The position numbers and the translations under genes are program-made. The notes under the pieces are model-generated. The model was not told the origin of the DNA. It did no database searches and worked only from the letters and a program-made list of their open reading frames with translations. From Sporopachydermia quercuum (taxonomy: Eukaryota), in contig BCGN01000008.1 in NCBI GenBank assembly GCA_001599295.1, positions 992,001 through 1,056,000 of the forward strand: a DNA stretch of 64,000 bases. The letters are read 5' to 3'. Positions 58,569-64,000 of the stretch are shown piece by piece. Position 1 is the stretch's first letter, and every line of letters begins with the position of its first letter.

Positions 58569-60829
58569 TTAGTATAAGTTGCCCACATTAGAAACATCAT
58601 TATGATAATTGTCTCCACAAATAGGATAATATGGGGTAGGATTTTTCATTGGCATTTGTTTCATATCTTTGGGTAAATAACTATATCCGAAGTATGGATT
58701 GACACCATACTCGATATAAGGAATTGGAGGGAATGCAGGTGGAACATAATAAGGTGGAAATGAAAAAGTTCCTTCCTTTTGAGGCATTCCATATATATCT
58801 CTTTGAGCATCAGCAAACTCATGATACATTTGCTCATGAGGAGCTGAAAAGGTCATATTACTGTTTTTGGTACCATTTGTTTCACCTTTCGACACTACTG
58901 AATTTGGAGAATAATATGTTGTAGGTGCTGTTCTTGTTCCGGTGTGAGCTGATGGTGACGAAGGGGCAGATCCTTTGAGGTGAACAGTGGAAGAAAAAGA
59001 TTTACTGCTTTCTCTACTTTCTGGAACACTGTGGTCTTCAGAAACTACAGGAGGGGCCCTTTGGAAACTATTTGAGTTGGGAGATGGTGAAACAGGTGGT
59101 GAAGACTGACTATGTGTTTCAGTACCCCACATTGTCGGTCCGAAGGTGTTATCTCCAGGTGGAACATAAAAAGGTTGGTAAACCAATGGCATTCTGTTTC
59201 CTTGATTCATCATCATATGTTGTTCATGATTTGGATACTAGATATTCGTTAGAGAGAATGAAACACAAATATATAGGCGCAATGAGCACATAAGGAAGAT
59301 AATGGTTTTCTTACCATAAAAGGAGCCATTTGGGGTGAATGATAATCCATGAACGGAACCATATAAGAGGTTGGAGCATTACTTCGGAAAGACTTTCTCT
59401 TCTGAACGCTTTTCTTGTTGGCAGTTTTATCTCCTATGGATGCCGAGCCATTATGCCTTCTGATCGGTGGAGGGGCCAAAGCCAACCTTTGAGAGTTGGA
59501 TTCCTTTTGAAACGGCTCAGTTTTGCTGTGAAAGGTAGTTGGGTAAAGTTCTCTGTACTGGACGTGCATCGTTTTAGATAAGAATATGGAGTGATTTTCT
59601 TGTTCAACAGCAGCAGCAGCAGCCTTTTCAGATTTGAACTTAATGAAAGCAAATACTGAGCTTTTTCTTTCCAGATCTGACTGTCTTTTGATCAAGTTAA
59701 TCTCTTCAATTGGTCCATGACGTCCAAACCTTTCTCTCAACATTGTTTCTGTTACTGCAAAACTCAATTGTCCAACAAATATGGAATGTGTATCAACAGA
59801 AGGACCTTGAGATTCATGAGAGACTGAATCTAAGTTCTGTGCCCATTCAACATATAAATCCTTGTTGATTCTCAAATTCTAGAGCATAAGTTAGTGACTT
59901 ATCAAGCGACAGATTTCACTAAGAATACATACAGCATAAGCTCTAATGGCGTCGTCACGATAAGCAAACTTGACAAACCAGCCACAAGAGAATTTTCCTT
60001 GAAGAGCTGATGGCGTGATTTGTTCACACTCTCCAAAAACTTCAACTAAGCTTTGTAAACCCTACAGCATGTAAGTTAGTATACCGCCCATGAATTAATG
60101 ACTCTCAGCTCATTATCCTACTTACCGTCTTATCAAGTTGTATTTGTTTGACAGATTCTAAATAAAGAGTACGATTTACTCTGGCAGGTTCAACACGAAT
60201 CTGCCTTCCATCTAAAATAGTATGCTGCGCTTCTTCTAAAGCCAGTTTAGCTTCTGAATCGGATGTGTACTGCACGAATGCATAAGGTCGATTCGCAACA
60301 TCACGAAGTACTTTGACTACAGCAGGTTCTCCCCATTTTTTGAAATGGGTAGTCACAGAATGAACTAGATGATCATCTGATTTGATAGCAGATAAACTAA
60401 ATACAAAGGTTAGCTTGAGAAAGGAAGCTTGTTGCAACATTCCATTTGATTGTTAACATACCTTGCAACAAAGACGCAGGAGGATGGCCTTCCACGGAAT
60501 GTGGAATCAGAAGACCCTTCAATAGGAGGGATTGCTTTGGAAACCAAGTTAGGAGCACTATTAGACTGTGACTCTAATCTAGGGGCTGAACTAAGGTTGT
60601 CATTAGAGATGCCTGAATATATTCTTGGCATATCTTCGCCAGCTTCACTAGAGAAGTCACCTACATCTGAGTCACTTGGCGCTTCATCAGAGGAGATTTC
60701 CAAAGTCTGTAAATCCTTATAGTTATCTAAACCATTGGATCCAAAAGACTTTTGCTTAAGTTCTTGTTCATTTTCCAAGTTCAAGGCGTCAAGTTCATTG
60801 TCGTCTAATTCTGAGTATTTGAAATCCAT
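58569..60829 (-). CDS. RIM4: Meiotic RRM RNA-binding protein Rim4-like, 5 exons (60829..60462, 60396..60126, 60061..59933, 59878..59315, 59237..58569), about 666 aa
   Basis: RGRPSSCVFVA|SL, VKVLRD.ANRPYAFVQY, WFVKFAYRDDAIRAYA|NL and SIFVGQL motifs (three RRMs), with a low-complexity C-terminus. All four GT..CTAAC..TAG introns keep the frame. Confidence 0.88.
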
Positions 60830-60885
60830 CTTGAAAGCGTTACCAGGTAGTGTTGAGCAACGTGAAAGTTATTAGTATTTCCACC

Positions 60886-60895
60886 TTAGCGGCTA
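60886..60895 (-). promoter_or_regulatory. URS1-like (Ume6) site, proximal to RIM4
   Basis: TTAGCGGCTA, i.e. TAGCCGCTAA on the minus strand, 57 bp upstream of the ATG. Confidence 0.5.
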
Positions 60896-61258
60896 TTCCC
60901 AAATTTGTCTTGATATATAATAAGTTCTGAATACCAATACACCAAGAGGAGAAATGTTATTAGGCAAGGCACTTTTGAGTATGTTTTGCTTGTAGCGTTC
61001 TTATTTTCATGAATATGAGTAAAAAGCTGTATCATAGAAAGTTTACTTCAAAGATTGATATGGAATGAGTTGCACCTTTTTCCTTAATTTCAACTGCAGT
61101 GTCTTATTGATCTGAGTATATTGATAAGGCAGGGATTAGCTTAATTCTTCTAATAGACAGTTTATTCAGCATTGACAAGGCAAGAGCAGTGGGTTAGTTG
61201 CACCAAAGAAGAGTGTGTAGTTGATTTAACAAATGATTAATAATCATAGACGATAAAC

Positions 61259-61347
61259 AAAAAAAGAAAGAAAGAAGAAAAGAAAGAAGAAAAGAAAGAA
61301 TAAAAGCAAAAAGAAAGAAGAAAAGAAAAGAAAAAGGAAGGAAGAAG
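61259..61347 (+). repeat. Polypurine (A/G) low-complexity tract upstream of RIM4
   Basis: About 89 bp of AAAGAAAGAAG-like repeats with only two pyrimidines. Confidence 0.85.
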
Positions 61348-61541
61348 TAAAAGTGGGAGAAGAGGAGTAGCAGCAAATAAAGATAAACAAAACAAATGTT
61401 TTACACAGATATCAGATACGAAAGTACAAACACCAAACTGGTTATAGTTTTGCAGCTATCACTCATATTGTAGTACAAATCAATGCAAACATCTCATAGC
61501 ATTAAACGCTGAGTATTGAAATCTCGTTTCTGACATTTTGC

Positions 61542-61550
61542 TAGCCGCCG
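61542..61550 (+). promoter_or_regulatory. URS1 (Ume6) site, distal, upstream of RIM4
   Basis: Exact TAGCCGCCG core. Confidence 0.65.
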
Positions 61551-64000
61551 TTAAATTCAGAAGAAGTCAATGATGAACATATGTACGTAGAGTTTGGAGA
61601 TAACTGTCTTAAAAACCTTGGTTGAACTAGAATCATATAGAAGGATATAGAAGGAAGAAAGTGATATAATACGAGAAATGCAAGAACGTGAAAGAAGAAG
61701 TGACGACGAAACTAGTCAGTATTGATTCAGGTGAAATGATGTGCATCCAGTAGGTAAGTGAGCTGGTAAAAAGATAATGCACAATGTATGGAAATGGGCG
61801 TTTAGCCGAAAGATAGATTTATAGTAACAACCAGCAGATGTGATAGAATGTATAAAATACTTTAACTGAACCCAAATAATTTTAGCTATATAGATGTCTT
61901 ATAAACATTTAACCTATCCCCGGAGTATCAGATATATGAGATATTCATTGGTTGAGATGACGAATTGATACTCATTGAGGTTCCTCAAAAACCAAAGCGA
62001 AACATATAGTATTAGAGACTGAAGATCAGGTTTCATTTTGGGTTGAAATGAGATACGTTGTGTAAAACCTCATCTAAAAACTGATCCTGTGAACAGCATT
62101 GCAAACTTTTGTTGATTTTTTGATGCCATGGACTCTTCAGATTGTTTAAAACTTAAACTTTGCGGTACCAACTGAACTGATTGGGTTTATTCAGAATTGG
62201 TTGACATTATTTTGTCAACAACGTTAATTAGTTATTATTATACGAAAATATCCAGAAATTTGGGGATAAATCTAAGTATTGAGGCAGTCAAGAACTACAA
62301 ATAATAGTTCATTGATTTCAATTTACGAAACGCTAGTTACTTTTCTACTAGTAGACGGACAAGAGAAACTTGCTTGTATCCCTGGAAATTATACCGATCG
62401 TATAAGTTGTCTAATGGATTTTATCTTTAGTTTTTTCAATTGATTTATAATTATATATATACTTCGATTGTCAAATTTATGCTTCCTAGATATAGTAAGT
62501 AATGAACTTGAAAGATAAGGTTCAGAGTTGTTTGAATGATAAATTCAATTAGTTTCCACTTCTAACCGCCGTAAAATTATGAAGATGTCTGAAAATAGCT
62601 AAAAATAAATATTTTCTGCTCTAATTAAATGGGCACTTAGAAAAACGAAGACCTTACACACATACCGTATAAAAACAGTTTCATATAAAAGACTATGGAA
62701 CTTATTATAACTAAATATCAAAAGTCTTAGTTGTTATTATACTTTTAATTTTAAACTATTGCTGACTCTCTTCTCCGGCAATTGATCTTTGGTTTCGGCA
62801 ATGAAATAGAGTTTATCTTTGTGAAATTTAGAATAATCTTTCATACATCTACCCCAGGTTTGGTTTACTAATTGAATTCTTCTTTCGACAGAACTTTAAG
62901 TTAGTTTTTTCCTGGTCATGTGATGAATGTGATTGATCTTGTGACAAGAAAGAAAAAATGAAAAGATGTAAGACCACACAATCTATCACCATCCTCTAAT
63001 CATTCGTATCACCGTAAACGAATAAAATTTCAAAAATTATTTTAGACAAAACATGCATATTCGATTGGGGAACTTTTAAATCAACCTTGATGGAATAATT
63101 GACTAATGTTTTCTTGGTTTTAATGAAGAGCGCAAATTATCACTACCAATGAGATTTCGAACCAACATTTACTAACTACTATACATTGGTCTAACTTCTG
63201 AAGAGGGGATATCTATTTTGTGCTAAATTTTTTCCGTTCCACTAGGCAGCTGAAAGTTTTCAACAATATTATTATACTTTACTTTGGGTCTATCTTACTG
63301 AACTAAAATGACTTTTAAGTAGCTAATGACATCACCGATCAGGGCTAATGTTTTAATCTGATTTAATAGGACGAATAATTGAAAGACCTATCCAACGTTT
63401 CATATATAAATGAGTCATGATGAACGGAAGAAAGTGGTAAACATGTTGGCTATAAATGAAACTACCAACAAAAGTTACATCCTCATTGCTGAAGACAATG
63501 AACAATCCATAGATTAGAATATTGATAAGGCTCTGCGAAAACGTAATGAACTGCTTACAGAACGTAATACACATTTCATTCGCAGTGAAATCATACATGT
63601 CCCTAAATCTCGATGATGATAATCAAATATATATAGAAGAATAGCAACAAAGTAGGCACTAGTTAGCACATTCTGTATCTCGGATTCGATCAAGAACATT
63701 ATTGATGGATCACTTCAGTCTTTAATCTTTTTTCTTTTATACCAATTTCTTTTATTTTCCCGTCCTCTAGATTTACAATATTTAATTCTTTCTTCCTTTT
63801 TTTTTTTTTTTTTTTACATAATACCATCCTTAACTACTTTGTTTTCCTTCTTGCACACTCTTCTTTACCATTATTGTTTATCAATCATTCTCAGTATTCG
63901 GTCGTTTTCTATACAATTAAGATTCAGTAAGCCTTCGGAACTTAACTANCTTAACTTTGCTTTCTCACCTACGCGAAATGGTCAATGAACCATTATGTTT

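Noticed and set aside
61955..62025. ATGACGA...CTGA C/D snoRNA-like arrangement
   Set aside because: No terminal stem and no guide I can match to rRNA.
62993..63006. CCTCTAATCATTCG, antisense to 25S rRNA, downstream of a GTGATGA C-box-like motif
   Set aside because: No adjacent CTGA D box, and a 14-nt match to rRNA is expected by chance in 64 kb.

Overview
Gene-dense, AT-rich nuclear DNA from a budding yeast (Saccharomycotina-like, by inference). CTG reads sensibly as Leu and introns are moderately frequent. I support 21 protein-coding genes: an SDR, a single-domain globin, BNI4, BUD2, a NUP116-like nucleoporin, FUN30, an EamA transporter, two CFEM/CCW14-like wall proteins, DPH5, SMC6, USO1, a RAD59-like gene, ELP1/IKI3, VPS33, COX8, IDP1, an INA17-like gene, ATP10, STE23 and RIM4. 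Eight genes needed manual splicing (12 introns); COX8 is absent from the ORF track. I found no tRNA, rRNA, CRISPR or intact transposon. The most notable observations are: (1) a globin ending in a polybasic region plus CaaX box (CIIM), suggesting a prenylated membrane globin; (2) a Rad52/Rad59 intermediate with an Asn-rich tail and an acidic FSDDYDD tip; (3) an INA17-like/ATP10 head-to-head pair inside a run of mitochondrial genes; (4) a Ste23/IDE with a presequence, internal Met43 and PTS1; (5) an apparent frameshift at the FUN30 5' end; (6) URS1 sites upstream of a 4-intron RIM4. All family calls come from motif recognition, not database searches.
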